64,000 bases of DNA from Candidatus Nomurabacteria bacterium (GCA_020632135.1 JACKGC010000001.1:244241-308240), one strand, 5' to 3'. Positions 45,534-55,225 are shown, numbered from the stretch's first letter. Translations and numbers: made by a program. Notes: generated from the sequence alone by a model not told the origin.

Positions 45534-46685
45534 GTGTCAATGGTTTCCCCACTCTCGGGTTTTTGGTTGGTTTGGCAATGCTATACTTTTCCTAACATGC
45601 ACATTGTGACCGACCTGTTGATTGCCGTTATCTCTGCGTACTTAGCGTTTACCAGTACCCTTGCGAGCGGGATAGAATCCCTTTTCGCTACGGCTGAACC
45701 TGCTCACGAAACGACCAAGCCAGCGGAAACTACTGACCACACCCTCTCTGCACTACCAAGTCGGCTGAGCAGTCTCATTCCCGATGTACTTTTGCGCAGC
45801 GCCGACTACCAACAAGCCGCTGCCGTAGCAGAAGCGGGCCTAAGTGGCACAACAGTTGACGATCCCCTTGATGCGGTGGTCAACATTCTCTGTACCTACA
45901 CCACCGAAGAGTACATTCGCACCACCACCGGCACCGGCTTCTTCATCGACCCAGACGGTGTCATCATGACCAACGCGCACGTGGCCCAATTCCTCCTCCT
46001 TGAAGCTACCCACGAAAACGGAGAGACCGACTGTGTAGTACGCACTGGCAATCCGGCCGCTCCCACCTACCATGCAGGGCTACTCTACATTTCCCCAGCT
46101 TGGGTGGTCACCAATGCTGAAATGATGACGGCTGCCGTGCCAATGGGCACTGGTGAACGCGACTATGCCCTACTCTATGCCAGCGAACGGGTAGATGGAG
46201 AGCCCTTGCCAGCAGTTTTTCCCGCCTTAACGTTTGACCCCGACCTGCTCGCTCTCTCCACCCGAGAAGCTGAGGTGCTAGCTGCGGGCTATCCTGCCAC
46301 CAGCCTCCTGGAACGTGGCCCGCATGTCGATCTGATTCCGCAAAAAGCGTACACCACTGTCTCTGAGCTCTACACCTTTGGTTCTAATTATGCTGACGTT
46401 ATCTCCATTCGCGGGAGCGAAGTGGGGGCCGAGGGTGCTTCCGGCGGTCCGGTACTTAATAGCGCCGGTGAGGTGATCGGCGTGATCGTGACCCGTGGCG
46501 ATGATACCACTGATGGTACTGGCAGCTTGCGTGCCATCACCGTCTCACATATTGACCGAACCATCCTTGAAGAAACAGGTTTTACTCTAGCCGAAAATGT
46601 CGGCGGTAACCTCGCCTACCGAGCCGATATCTTTGCACAGACTCTCAGCCCCTTCCTGCTCACGATCTTGCAGCAAGCGAATTAA
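45534..46685 (+). CDS. Trypsin-like (S1/HtrA-type, no PDZ) serine protease, membrane-anchored; start uncertain
   Basis: GTGFFIDPDGVIMTNAHV (His), ERDYALL (Asp) and GASGGPVLNSAGEVIGV (Ser). Confidence 0.8.
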   Translation: MSMVSPLSGFWLVWQCYTFPNMHIVTDLLIAVISAYLAFTSTLASGIESLFATAEPAHETTKPAETTDHTLSALPSRLSSLIPDVLLRSADYQQAAAVAEAGLSGTTVDDPLDAVVNILCTYTTEEYIRTTTGTGFFIDPDGVIMTNAHVAQFLLLEATHENGETDCVVRTGNPAAPTYHAGLLYISPAWVVTNAEMMTAAVPMGTGERDYALLYASERVDGEPLPAVFPALTFDPDLLALSTREAEVLAAGYPATSLLERGPHVDLIPQKAYTTVSELYTFGSNYADVISIRGSEVGAEGASGGPVLNSAGEVIGVIVTRGDDTTDGTGSLRAITVSHIDRTILEETGFTLAENVGGNLAYRADIFAQTLSPFLLTILQQAN

Positions 46686-46718
46686 GAAAAGCGGCGGCCC
46701 GAAGGGCCGCCGCTTTTT
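46684..46718. terminator. Bidirectional terminator
   Basis: gaaaagcggcggccc-gaa-gggccgccgcttttt. Confidence 0.65.
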
Positions 46719-46728
46719 CGTACCAGCT

Positions 46729-47841
46729 CTAACGCATCGCCTTCGAGTAGATAGTCTGTGTCGGATACGCAAAGTCGATACCAAGTTCAGCAAAGCGCTG
46801 CATCAGGTCAAAATTGAATGCCTGCTGGATATTCAGGTACTGGGTGTAGTCTGAAGAATCAACGTAGTACACTACCTCAAAGATAAGTGCAGAGTCGCCA
46901 AAAGAGGTGAAGTGTACCCGGTCGAGCCGTGCTCCATCAAGCGCCTCAAAGATACGCGTCACGATCCCCGGCACTTCTTTCACGAGTTCCTGTGACGTCT
47001 CATAAGTGATGCCAAACTGAGTTGAAATGCGCCGTTCCTGCATTTTCTTGAAATTCTGTACCCGGGCTGAGGTCAGCTCCGTGTTAGACACCACGAGCTC
47101 CTCACCCTGGAGCGTGCGGATCCGCGTCGTCTTGATGCCGATCCGCTCGACCGTTCCCTTATCGTTGCCGATGACAATAAAGTCACCGATCCGAAATGGC
47201 TTGTCAAAGTAAAGTGAAAATGAAGCGAACAGGTCACTCAAAACACCTTGTAGTGCAAACGCCACCGCAATACCACCAATACCGAGCCCAGCTAGAAGTG
47301 AGGTGACTTCAATACCAAGATTAGAGAGCACAAAGAGCATGCCTAGGGACCACAGGACGATCCGCGCGATCAGCGTGACCATATGAGAGGCAGTAGCAGC
47401 ATTTGGATCAACCACCCCGTCACCATCTTCATCTTTCTCCAGGAAAGTGGCCACAAAATAATTGAGGAAGATGGTCGCCACCTCAATGATCTGCCACACA
47501 ACCGCAAAGAAGAATACCCCGGTCAAGACAGAATCGAGCAGCTCAGGCACCGTGAAGTACTGCAGTGCTGCGTAGAGTGCCACCAAGGTGTACACCCACG
47601 CGCGGATACTCTCAACCGCATGCACGACGGTATCGTCAAAGAAGCCGGTAGTCTTCTCTGCTAGTACTTTTGCCCGCACCAAGACCACCTGTCGGATCAC
47701 CCAGAACACTGCAGTGAGGGCCAGAAATGTCAAACCAGAAGCGACAAACAGTCGGATATCTGTGTCACCAATAACGGGGATGGCATAGACCATTTCAGGC
47801 AACATAGCGGTGATGGCGCTGGCGGAAAATTGTTCAAACAT
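46729..47841 (-). CDS. Mechanosensitive ion channel (MscS family)
   Basis: Start taken at MFEQFSAS (ATG at 47841). TM helices, then FRIGDFIVIGNDKGTVERIGIKTTRIRT, typical of the MscS beta domain. Confidence 0.88.
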   Translation of the reverse strand: MFEQFSASAITAMLPEMVYAIPVIGDTDIRLFVASGLTFLALTAVFWVIRQVVLVRAKVLAEKTTGFFDDTVVHAVESIRAWVYTLVALYAALQYFTVPELLDSVLTGVFFFAVVWQIIEVATIFLNYFVATFLEKDEDGDGVVDPNAATASHMVTLIARIVLWSLGMLFVLSNLGIEVTSLLAGLGIGGIAVAFALQGVLSDLFASFSLYFDKPFRIGDFIVIGNDKGTVERIGIKTTRIRTLQGEELVVSNTELTSARVQNFKKMQERRISTQFGITYETSQELVKEVPGIVTRIFEALDGARLDRVHFTSFGDSALIFEVVYYVDSSDYTQYLNIQQAFNFDLMQRFAELGIDFAYPTQTIYSKAMR

Positions 47842-48100
47842 GAGTATACATCTTAGCGAATATGCCCCTACCCTACCAAAATCATTCAATTGAGCAATAT
47901 GCACAGGAGAGAACTTGAGCGAGATGGTAAGTGGCAGTATGATGTTCGTTCCTCGGTGGGAAAATAACCAACCATGACCGAGGAGGAATAGTTCTTTCGC
48001 TAACGTTAGTGGAGAAAGCCGCTCGGGTGGGACCGCGCGGCTTTTCTCGTGGTGGTAGAAAAGGGGCGCGGCCGAAGGCCGCGCCCAATACAAACTTTCC

Positions 48101-48298
48101 TCACAACTGCTGCATCCATCCCACCTTTGCGCGTACTTTCACAAAGTAGTTGTAAAACTGCTGTAACAACATGCACGTGTCATCCCGCTTCAGGAGAGAC
48201 CAAGCACGTAGCTGCACCGGGACCGTGAACTGCCGCTCGACCACCTCACCATGCTGGTTGGCGATACTGATCGTGACCGTATACTCAGAAGCTTCCAT
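48101..48298 (-). CDS. Hypothetical small protein
   Basis: 65-aa ORF. No motif recognised. Confidence 0.3.
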   Translation of the reverse strand: MEASEYTVTISIANQHGEVVERQFTVPVQLRAWSLLKRDDTCMLLQQFYNYFVKVRAKVGWMQQL

Positions 48299-48423
48299 GA
48301 TCGCACCTCACTCAAGAACTAAACCCGCTTACGAAGCGGGTGCCACATACTTACCACGAGTGGTGTAACTACGCAAAACCCGCCACATAAGCTGCGCTCG
48401 GACGCCACCAGATAGAAAGGCAG

Positions 48424-49203
48424 TTACACATATACTTGTTCTGTTACTGCCGACTCCATTTGGAGGGAAACAAATTTACCGAAATTCTGCAAGATCTTAT
48501 TAGAATTTGGATCATCCTTAAAGATCTCTTCGGCCACCGTCCCTTCTGGCAAGTAGCCCGGTGACTGTTTGATCCGTTCTGCCATATCGTGAAAGTTGAG
48601 CTCAGGATGAAATTGAGTGGTATAGATATTGTTTTTGTATTTTAGCGCAGACACCCGACACTGTTCACCACCATTCATAAGGAGAACCGCGCCGTCTGGC
48701 ACCCGATCAAGGGTATCTTTGTGCCCGTAGTGTGCCATAAAAGAATCAGGTAGGTCAGAGAATAGGAAGTAGTCGTGCTGATCGACCATCAACTTGACCT
48801 CATGTGAGCATGATTTTGCCTGAGTAGTGTCGCAGCTCACTTGTGCACCTGCGAATGCACCAAGAAGCTGATGTCCAAAACAAATGCCGAGCGTGGGTAT
48901 GTCGTTATCAAACAGATATCGGAATAGCGGTTGAAAGCGTTCCATAAACAGAGCCGTCTGCTGGCGCGCCTCATCAGTCTCTGGCTTACCGCCATCGAAG
49001 TAGAATTCACTCGAGCCACCAATAATGACCCCGTGGTACGATGCCATGAGTGCCGCTGGATCGTTCCAATCGAACGTAGCATCAAGCGCGTTGATGAACT
49101 CAATGTCCGCATACACACCAACCTCCCGCTCCAAACAAGCACGCTCCTGCGCCATTGCCGCCGCGCGTTCGCGGAATTGAATACCAAGTATCTTTGCTCG
49201 CAT
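48424..49203 (-). CDS. Class I glutamine amidotransferase-like protein
   Basis: GICFGHQLL (nucleophile elbow) and QFHPE. Confidence 0.8.
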   Translation of the reverse strand: MRAKILGIQFRERAAAMAQERACLEREVGVYADIEFINALDATFDWNDPAALMASYHGVIIGGSSEFYFDGGKPETDEARQQTALFMERFQPLFRYLFDNDIPTLGICFGHQLLGAFAGAQVSCDTTQAKSCSHEVKLMVDQHDYFLFSDLPDSFMAHYGHKDTLDRVPDGAVLLMNGGEQCRVSALKYKNNIYTTQFHPELNFHDMAERIKQSPGYLPEGTVAEEIFKDDPNSNKILQNFGKFVSLQMESAVTEQVYV

Positions 49204-49328
49204 AGTTAGATTATAAGCTTAGATTCAGCGCTCAAACGAGAAATGCTGTGCATTTCCAGGCTGAGTACTGAAGACAGGCGAACCTGTCATAGCAATAAAA
49301 GAACACTTAGAAAGGACGACTTGCTGGC

Positions 49329-49375
49329 GGGGGGGGGGGGGGGCGGGGCGCGCGGGGGGGGGGGGCGCCCCCCCC
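49329..49375. repeat. G15-c-G4-cgcgc-G12-cg-C8 homopolymer block
   Basis: Read directly. Lies 8 nt 3' of the stop codon of the 49383-50372 gene. Confidence 0.95.
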
Positions 49376-49382
49376 GTCTCTA

Positions 49383-50372
49383 TCACCGCAACAACAACTC
49401 CCGCCACACCTCAGCAGTCAGGGGCCGATTGGGTATGTACCCCGAGCAGCGTTGCCCAAGCTCGAGATACGCGTCCCACGCCTGGTGCCGATCCGAAACC
49501 GGCTGTCCACGATTCGAGCCGTGGAACCACTCGAGTAGGAATTCCACCATGCGGACCATCAAGTTGGCATACTGCTCCGCTGCTACCAACGGCATCGACG
49601 GCATCAGTCTGATCTCTAGATACGAGCCATGCTCACTCACTTTGGCGCGGGCAAACCACCAGATCAGCCCCAGATCGAGCCGACAGTCAATCCGCTGCAT
49701 CTCTCCTGGCAACGGCACATACACATTACTATTCGGCGCTGTTTCCTTAATGAGCTTCGGTGTTGATTCAATGTAGCGGACCATATCGCTGCCTGACAAA
49801 AACCAGCGACCAGCTGCAGGGAGTCGTTCCGCCCGAGCAAATCGTTGCCAGATCTGCAAATGCCCCTTCCCGCTACCAAGTTCGTGATGGATCATCGCAG
49901 CAACAAATGGTGCAAGGTCATTGAACACATTGATCAGGAACGCCCCCTCGTCACCAAAGGGATCGAAGTCGCCGCCAACATTCACTTGCAGTGCCGCTTG
50001 GTTGGTCATTTGGTGCACTACATGCCACTCAGATGACTCACGACGCAGCGCCTCTAAGATACAACGATAGCGAGCCTTTTCGTGCCACTGATCTGCAGCT
50101 CCTTGAAGTGATGCTGGCCGAAATGGTGTAAAATCGATATCCGGATAACGAGCCGACATCTCTTTTAGTACCGCGATTGCAGCTGATACCGAAGTCTGTA
50201 CGTGCGTCACAAGCTCCCAAAGATGGTGACCCGCATCATCAATAAAGAATCCCCCTGGTACTGGCTCCACATCAGCACAGCTAATCCCCGGCGCAAAACC
50301 TTCCTGCTCCACCCCGATACTACGAATGAAGGCCGGGGAGCGTTGCTGTAACACAGTTTCTGTTTTAGCCAT
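49383..50372 (-). CDS. Hypothetical enzyme, possibly glutamate-cysteine-ligase family 2 (carboxylate-amine ligase)-like
   Basis: RBS gaggagg before MAKTETV. IGVEQEGF recalls the GCS2 N-terminal GxExE motif. Weak, motif-level call. Confidence 0.4.
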   Translation of the reverse strand: MAKTETVLQQRSPAFIRSIGVEQEGFAPGISCADVEPVPGGFFIDDAGHHLWELVTHVQTSVSAAIAVLKEMSARYPDIDFTPFRPASLQGAADQWHEKARYRCILEALRRESSEWHVVHQMTNQAALQVNVGGDFDPFGDEGAFLINVFNDLAPFVAAMIHHELGSGKGHLQIWQRFARAERLPAAGRWFLSGSDMVRYIESTPKLIKETAPNSNVYVPLPGEMQRIDCRLDLGLIWWFARAKVSEHGSYLEIRLMPSMPLVAAEQYANLMVRMVEFLLEWFHGSNRGQPVSDRHQAWDAYLELGQRCSGYIPNRPLTAEVWRELLLR

Positions 50373-50771
50373 GCGGCCTCCTCTCTCAAGATATGAATGA
50401 ACAATGCAGGCTTCCGTTGTATCGGTCCTGCGTCTGCGACGCAACCACCGTTTGGTGGCCTGCAACCCGCGACTGGTACTGAAGTCAGACTTCAGTACCA
50501 GTAGCGAGCTGAAGTGTCGCGCGGCCTGTGGTTCAGGCCGGCGGAAAAATTGAATACTTCAATTTTTCCGCCGGCCAACACCCCGTTCCCCGAAACAAAA
50601 CCGGCTCGCCATAGGCGAGCCGGTTTTCTGGAGTTTGTGTACGTCTACCTACATCCCAACCGACCCGCCATACGCGAGAAAACCAAACATAAACAGCATA
50701 AACCATGACCAATTTAGTGCTTCTATGCGGTTGGTTGTAGCAATAGATTGCATGAATTTGAATATACGCTA

Positions 50772-52271
50772 TTACAACGCGGTGTCAATGCTACCGCTGG
50801 CCACACTGTCAATTTCTGTTTCTGGCAAGACCTCGCTTGAGGAGGTAGCAGAATCGATCAAGTCAAATTCGCCATTGATACTTTCAGTAGTGGTCGTAGT
50901 TTCAGTGGTGCTAGTTGCTTGTTCTCCCACCACCTCTGTTTCGGTACTCGTAGCAGTACTTGTGGCTGATGCCGGTTCTGCTGGCAGTTCGACTGGTAAC
51001 TTTTGGGCTTCAAGTAACTTAAGCACATCATGTACCAGCGCCACCGTTTCTGCTTCCATGGCCTTGAAGGCTCGGTACTCAGTCGAGCTAGCCTTCATAC
51101 CAATCAACACACCTGAGATCTGCTCCTGTGCCGTCAGTACTTTTTCTGCGACCCCCTCATCTTCAATAGCAGGCAACAACACATCGATAGTCATTAGATT
51201 TTGCTCGAGCTCGGCGATCACCTGTGCTCGTTCGGTCTGCTTCTCAGCGTCAGTGAGTACGACTGGTACGAGCGTCTCAATATCCACGGTCTTGGTCACC
51301 TCAAGCTCAGCAATAAAGACGATCAATTTTTGTGTCCGCTGCAACACCTCCACCAGGCTCTGACGAGCCATCATCTCATCTGCTTCAACCACAGCTACCG
51401 CTTCGGCCACCGATCGCTCAATGTCCTGAATCCGACGCGTCACTTCAGACAACTCTGCCTTGGTTGCTACCTCACTCAGCGATTGGCGTAGTTCGTAGAT
51501 ACGAGTGGTATTTTGTTCGATCCGGGCCATGAGTTTTGCGTAGGCCGGTAAGGTCGAAGAAGCAGCTTGTTCAAACATGGTTACCTCCCGTGACTCATCA
51601 ATTGCCGTCGCTATCAGGCTCGTACTACGTGAACTCATTACCGCTTCATCATCGGCCGCCAACTTCTCCTCGTCACCTTTCAGTGCGTTTGACTGGACCT
51701 CTAGCGTGGTATCGAGTGCGATTGAAGCGATGGCTGCGTCATCGGCATCTTCACCACGCAAAACCTCGATCTCCCGTTTGGCATTCTCGGTATGCTCTCG
51801 CACCGCCGCCGCCACCTCAGCCTCAACCTCCTCGGTCAAACGGCCCTCACTCGCCAATAGACGTGCCTCAGCGATCCGACGGTTGAGCCGCTCAGTCTCC
51901 CACTCTACTTTTTGGTAACTATCAAATGTTAGGGTACTGCGAAGCTCCTCATTGAACTGCACCTTCACGGCATACAAAGTATCACCTGGCACTGCACGCT
52001 CAGCCAAGAACGGCACTGCCACCAGTATCACAGCAGCAGCCACTGATCCATATTTAAAGAAAGTTTGAAACGGCACCTTTACGGTGGTAAAGGCCTCAGT
52101 AGCCAGCGTTTTTACAGCAGACTGCGGCACTTGCGTAGGCTTTGATGCAGTCGGCAACGGATGGTACTCCATATACGCAACTACGCGCTCACGCAACTCA
52201 CGCTTTTCAGCCGCCTGCATTTTGACTGCAGTGGTAGCTTTTTTATGAAGTTGTTCGGTAAATCGTTTCAT
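50772..52271 (-). CDS. Membrane-anchored DUF5667-like protein (putative anti-sigma/sigma partner)
   Basis: Immediately downstream of the ECF sigma gene. One TM helix (SVAAAVILVAVPFL), then PGDTLYAVK... and long helical repeats. Confidence 0.55.
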   Translation of the reverse strand: MKRFTEQLHKKATTAVKMQAAEKRELRERVVAYMEYHPLPTASKPTQVPQSAVKTLATEAFTTVKVPFQTFFKYGSVAAAVILVAVPFLAERAVPGDTLYAVKVQFNEELRSTLTFDSYQKVEWETERLNRRIAEARLLASEGRLTEEVEAEVAAAVREHTENAKREIEVLRGEDADDAAIASIALDTTLEVQSNALKGDEEKLAADDEAVMSSRSTSLIATAIDESREVTMFEQAASSTLPAYAKLMARIEQNTTRIYELRQSLSEVATKAELSEVTRRIQDIERSVAEAVAVVEADEMMARQSLVEVLQRTQKLIVFIAELEVTKTVDIETLVPVVLTDAEKQTERAQVIAELEQNLMTIDVLLPAIEDEGVAEKVLTAQEQISGVLIGMKASSTEYRAFKAMEAETVALVHDVLKLLEAQKLPVELPAEPASATSTATSTETEVVGEQATSTTETTTTTESINGEFDLIDSATSSSEVLPETEIDSVASGSIDTAL

Positions 52272-52277
52272 TTGATG

Positions 52278-52871
52278 TTACATTGCTCGTTTCGCTTTTG
52301 CCTTGCGACGCTCCTCAGCATATTCATCTCCCGCTTCGATCTTCTGCCGCAGGAGTTTCAGGCCCCGATAGATCCGTACTGAAATGACATTCTCACTCTC
52401 CTCGATTAGTTCGCTGATCTCTCGTGGCCCGAGTTGATCGATGAAGCGATACACGATCACTTCACGGTATTGGTCTGGCAGCTCAGCCAGAAGCTCGAAG
52501 GCCTTGCGCCCATCGATCGTCGCCGCCAGCATCTCGACCGTACTCTCGGACAATTCATCAAAGGAACCTTCATCAACCCCCTCGATCTCCATCAGTGCAT
52601 CAAGTGAAGTTTCTTTGCGCTTACGGTACTCATCAATGATCAAGTTGTTCAGCACTTTGTATAAAAACGGCCGAAAAGTATCGATCTCATACCCTTCGCG
52701 GATGTACGACCAGACCTTAGTGTAGGTATCATGCACTAGGTCGATCGCCTTTTCACGATTACTCACCCGCAAAAACGCATGCCGGAATAAAGCGTCGTTA
52801 TACTCATCGAAAGCTTTCAAAAAACGCGTTTCGTGGTCACTTACATTGTCGGTCGAGTCCTTCCCTGCCAT
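52278..52871 (-). CDS. ECF-type RNA polymerase sigma-70 factor
   Basis: Region 2 (DLVHDTYTKVW...) and region 4 HTH (REISELIEESENVISVRIYRGLKLL). Confidence 0.9.
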   Translation of the reverse strand: MAGKDSTDNVSDHETRFLKAFDEYNDALFRHAFLRVSNREKAIDLVHDTYTKVWSYIREGYEIDTFRPFLYKVLNNLIIDEYRKRKETSLDALMEIEGVDEGSFDELSESTVEMLAATIDGRKAFELLAELPDQYREVIVYRFIDQLGPREISELIEESENVISVRIYRGLKLLRQKIEAGDEYAEERRKAKAKRAM

Positions 52872-53011
52872 GTAATGACCATTATATACGTAGACGGACG
52901 AAACAGCACTTTCTTACCCGATGATAAGTAATTGGGAGGGTTTGCCACACTTTAATTCGCTATTAATAACAGCAGGGATTTTCCTTCGGAAAATCCCCGC
53001 CCCCTTACCAT

Positions 53012-53629
53012 CTATGACACTTCTCTGATTTTTTCCAAAAGTTCTGGAAACTCCTCAATCAAGAAGTGGTTCTTGTCTTCGAAAGTGACGAGTTCGGCTC
53101 CTGGTAACAGCTCTTTGTACTTAAGCGCCTGATCATACGGCACAATCGGGTCGTCTTTGGAGTGGTAGATATAAATGCGGTCAGTTTTGTTCGTAAGCTC
53201 CCCCACTTTTTCGTAGTCAAACTGAAAATCAGCCCCGTCTTCCCCATTATCATTATGGGTCATGAGCGGTGCAGCGAGCAGGAAAAGAGCTTTGATCGTA
53301 AACGGAAAATCATTCTCAGTTAGATATTTTGCAAAGAAGTACCCACCCTGCGACCAGCCAACCAAAATAATGTCATCGCGCAGGTACTCAAAATGCCGCT
53401 CAAACCAAATTTTCCATTCGTCATACTTTGCGTTATCTGCGCACGGCATGGAGGGCTTAAACACTTCGTACTCCTCTCCTAGATCTTCTACGAAGGTACC
53501 CGTCCACTTTTTAAGAGGCTCGGTCCAGGGCAATGTTCTAATTTCCCTTGTTTTCAATGACTCCAAGAAATCCCCCCTTTTGCTATACGCATCTCCCCCA
53601 TGAATATAAAACACTTGCTGTTTTTCCAT
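53012..53629 (-). CDS. Alpha/beta hydrolase (YdeN/RBBP9-type serine hydrolase-like)
   Basis: 205 aa. ILVGWSQGG nucleophile-elbow-like motif, and late D and H residues (DDPIVP, NHF). Confidence 0.65.
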   Translation of the reverse strand: MEKQQVFYIHGGDAYSKRGDFLESLKTREIRTLPWTEPLKKWTGTFVEDLGEEYEVFKPSMPCADNAKYDEWKIWFERHFEYLRDDIILVGWSQGGYFFAKYLTENDFPFTIKALFLLAAPLMTHNDNGEDGADFQFDYEKVGELTNKTDRIYIYHSKDDPIVPYDQALKYKELLPGAELVTFEDKNHFLIEEFPELLEKIREVS

Positions 53630-53633
53630 AGCC

Positions 53634-54041
53634 TTACTGTAAATTCCTGATCGCTATCGCAGCATCTTCCATCACGGCATATTTTTCAATGTCTGTTTGA
53701 TCCACCCATGCATGTTCGTCATGGTCTTTGCTGAGCACTATTTCCTGCTTAGTTGTTGTACACGCAAAGTAGATTCGCACCACATGCGCCTTCTCACCCT
53801 TAATTTCAGGGAAATTATCAGCCGCATATAGCACCTCCCCCACTTCTACTTCTAACCCGGCCTCTTCCTTCACCTCCCGAGCCAAACCAGCAAGCAAGGC
53901 TTCATCGGCCTCGATCCGGCCACCAGGCACATCCCATTTCCCGATGTTTGTTCCTTCTTCATAGGCACTCCCTTCCCGTACAATTAGCACCTTGCCGTCA
54001 GAACGCTGTATCACCGCCTTCGCTCCCACAAAAAGTTTCAT
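53634..54041 (-). CDS. NUDIX hydrolase
   Basis: Nudix box GGRIEADEALLAGLAREVKEEAGLEV. Confidence 0.9.
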   Translation of the reverse strand: MKLFVGAKAVIQRSDGKVLIVREGSAYEEGTNIGKWDVPGGRIEADEALLAGLAREVKEEAGLEVEVGEVLYAADNFPEIKGEKAHVVRIYFACTTTKQEIVLSKDHDEHAWVDQTDIEKYAVMEDAAIAIRNLQ

Positions 54042-54135
54042 AATTCACAGTATAGCAAACCTAAACTCGCATTTTTTGGAAGGAGATGGTATATTTTGCG
54101 GACTTAAATGACGTTCGTGGTTTAAGTCCAATGAT

Positions 54136-54183
54136 CGGGGTGTATCTTCGCCTGTGCACCAGCTTCGGCTCGATACAACCCTG
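54136..54183 (+). repeat. Acceptor-stem-like hairpin unit P1 (cggggtgta-...-tacaaccctg)
   Basis: The first 9 nt are identical to the tRNA-Pro 5' end. Same tct(t)cg...cgatacaacc frame as units G1 and G2. Confidence 0.5.
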
Positions 54184-54220
54184 CTTCACTCGGTCATGCC
54201 GTGCTGCAAGCAAAGCTTGC

Positions 54221-54283
54221 GTTGATGAATTTTTATAAAGAAACAGCGAGCAAGCTCTCTTTTCTTTATAAAAATTCATCAAC
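54221..54283. repeat. Perfect 23-bp AT-rich inverted repeat with 17-nt spacer
   Basis: gttgatgaatttttataaagaaa ... tttctttataaaaattcatcaac. Confidence 0.9.
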
Positions 54284-54310
54284 CTTCGCACGTCACGACT
54301 CTCGCTGCAT

Positions 54311-54381
54311 CGGGGTGTAGCATAATGGTAGTGTACACGGTTTGGGACCGTGCGGCCCGGGTTCGATTCCCGGCTCCCCGA
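54311..54381 (+). tRNA. tRNA-Pro (anticodon UGG), no encoded CCA
   Basis: cggggtg/ctccccg acceptor, anticodon loop tTTGGGa, T-arm ccggg-ttcgatt-cccgg. Confidence 0.9.
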
Positions 54382-54597
54382 CAAAATGTAATAAGTCCTG
54401 GCTTTTTGCCAGGACTTATTACATTTGGAGCGGGAGAGCAAGCAAACAGTTTTGCTTGCATCGGGGATCAAACGCCGGAACAATGTGAGGAATTTATGAC
54501 GAACGAGTGAGGCGTGCCCCGCGGCACTACGTATCTTTGCAAATACTTGGAGCAAAGTACGTTAGTGACTGTCAGGACGATTCCCGGCTCTCCGACA
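54382..54597 (+). other. tRNA-linked element B: terminator hairpin + hairpin + conserved core + hairpin + copy of the tRNA-Pro 3' 18 nt
   Basis: cgattcccggctctccga(ca) at 54578-54597 (1 mismatch to the tRNA). Core at 54465-54527. A terminator follows at about 54600-54635. Confidence 0.6.
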
Positions 54598-54666
54598 TCG
54601 CTAGAAAGGCGCCAGCATAGCTGGCGCTTTTTGTAGTTTGTATCCGATCATAACTACAATTTATGC

Positions 54667-54690
54667 ATTGTGTTTCACGTGAAACACAAT
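54667..54690. promoter_or_regulatory. Perfect 24-bp palindrome attgtgtttcac|gtgaaacacaat
   Basis: Read directly. The core GTTTCACGTGAAAC recurs at 55226-55239. Confidence 0.45.
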
Positions 54691-54784
54691 GCTTAGTTAC
54701 ACATGAAACAGTACTGTTTGCATCACGACAACAAGCAAAGTACAAGATTAACAGTAACTATCCAGCGATACACGAAACAAGAAA

Positions 54785-55207
54785 CTACAGGACAACATTT
54801 GGTATGTATTTTATAGAGGCGTACTTTTCACGTGGAACTATTCGGACCGCAACGACGTCAATTTCCCACTCTCCATCATAGTTATTCTCCATGATCCAAC
54901 TTTCAATCGCTCGATTAAGTCTTTGGATCTTATTGTGGTGTACATTCTCTTCAGGACGCCAGGTTCCACGTGAAATGGCTTGTTCTAGATCCTGCTTTGT
55001 TTCATATGAAACAGTCTTTACTTCCACAAAACGTACTATTTGGCCTGATCTACCTGTTCCACGTGCAACAATGTCAATCTCACCCCATTTCTTAAGGTAA
55101 TTTGTATCTATAATGACAAAACCCTGCTTCTTAAGGTGTGTGGCGGCAATCTCTTCACCCCAGGCACCAGTTTGGTTTCTTTTGCCTCTTTTTTGACTCT
55201 GTTTCAT
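54785..55207 (-). CDS. YraN family (UPF0102) endonuclease-like protein
   Basis: GAWGEEIAATHLKKQGFVIIDTNY..GEIDIVA...VRFVEVKT is typical of YraN. Confidence 0.85.
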   Translation of the reverse strand: MKQSQKRGKRNQTGAWGEEIAATHLKKQGFVIIDTNYLKKWGEIDIVARGTGRSGQIVRFVEVKTVSYETKQDLEQAISRGTWRPEENVHHNKIQRLNRAIESWIMENNYDGEWEIDVVAVRIVPREKYASIKYIPNVVL

Positions 55208-55225
55208 GTGTAACAGTTGCAATAT

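Noticed and set aside
54061-54555. 164-aa ORF across tRNA-Pro, and the 156-aa ORF 41028-41498, which share AAGHASLVRHKFLT-like peptides
   Set aside because: They run antisense through a tRNA gene, terminator hairpins and the conserved core. The peptide similarity merely reflects the conserved non-coding nucleotide sequence.
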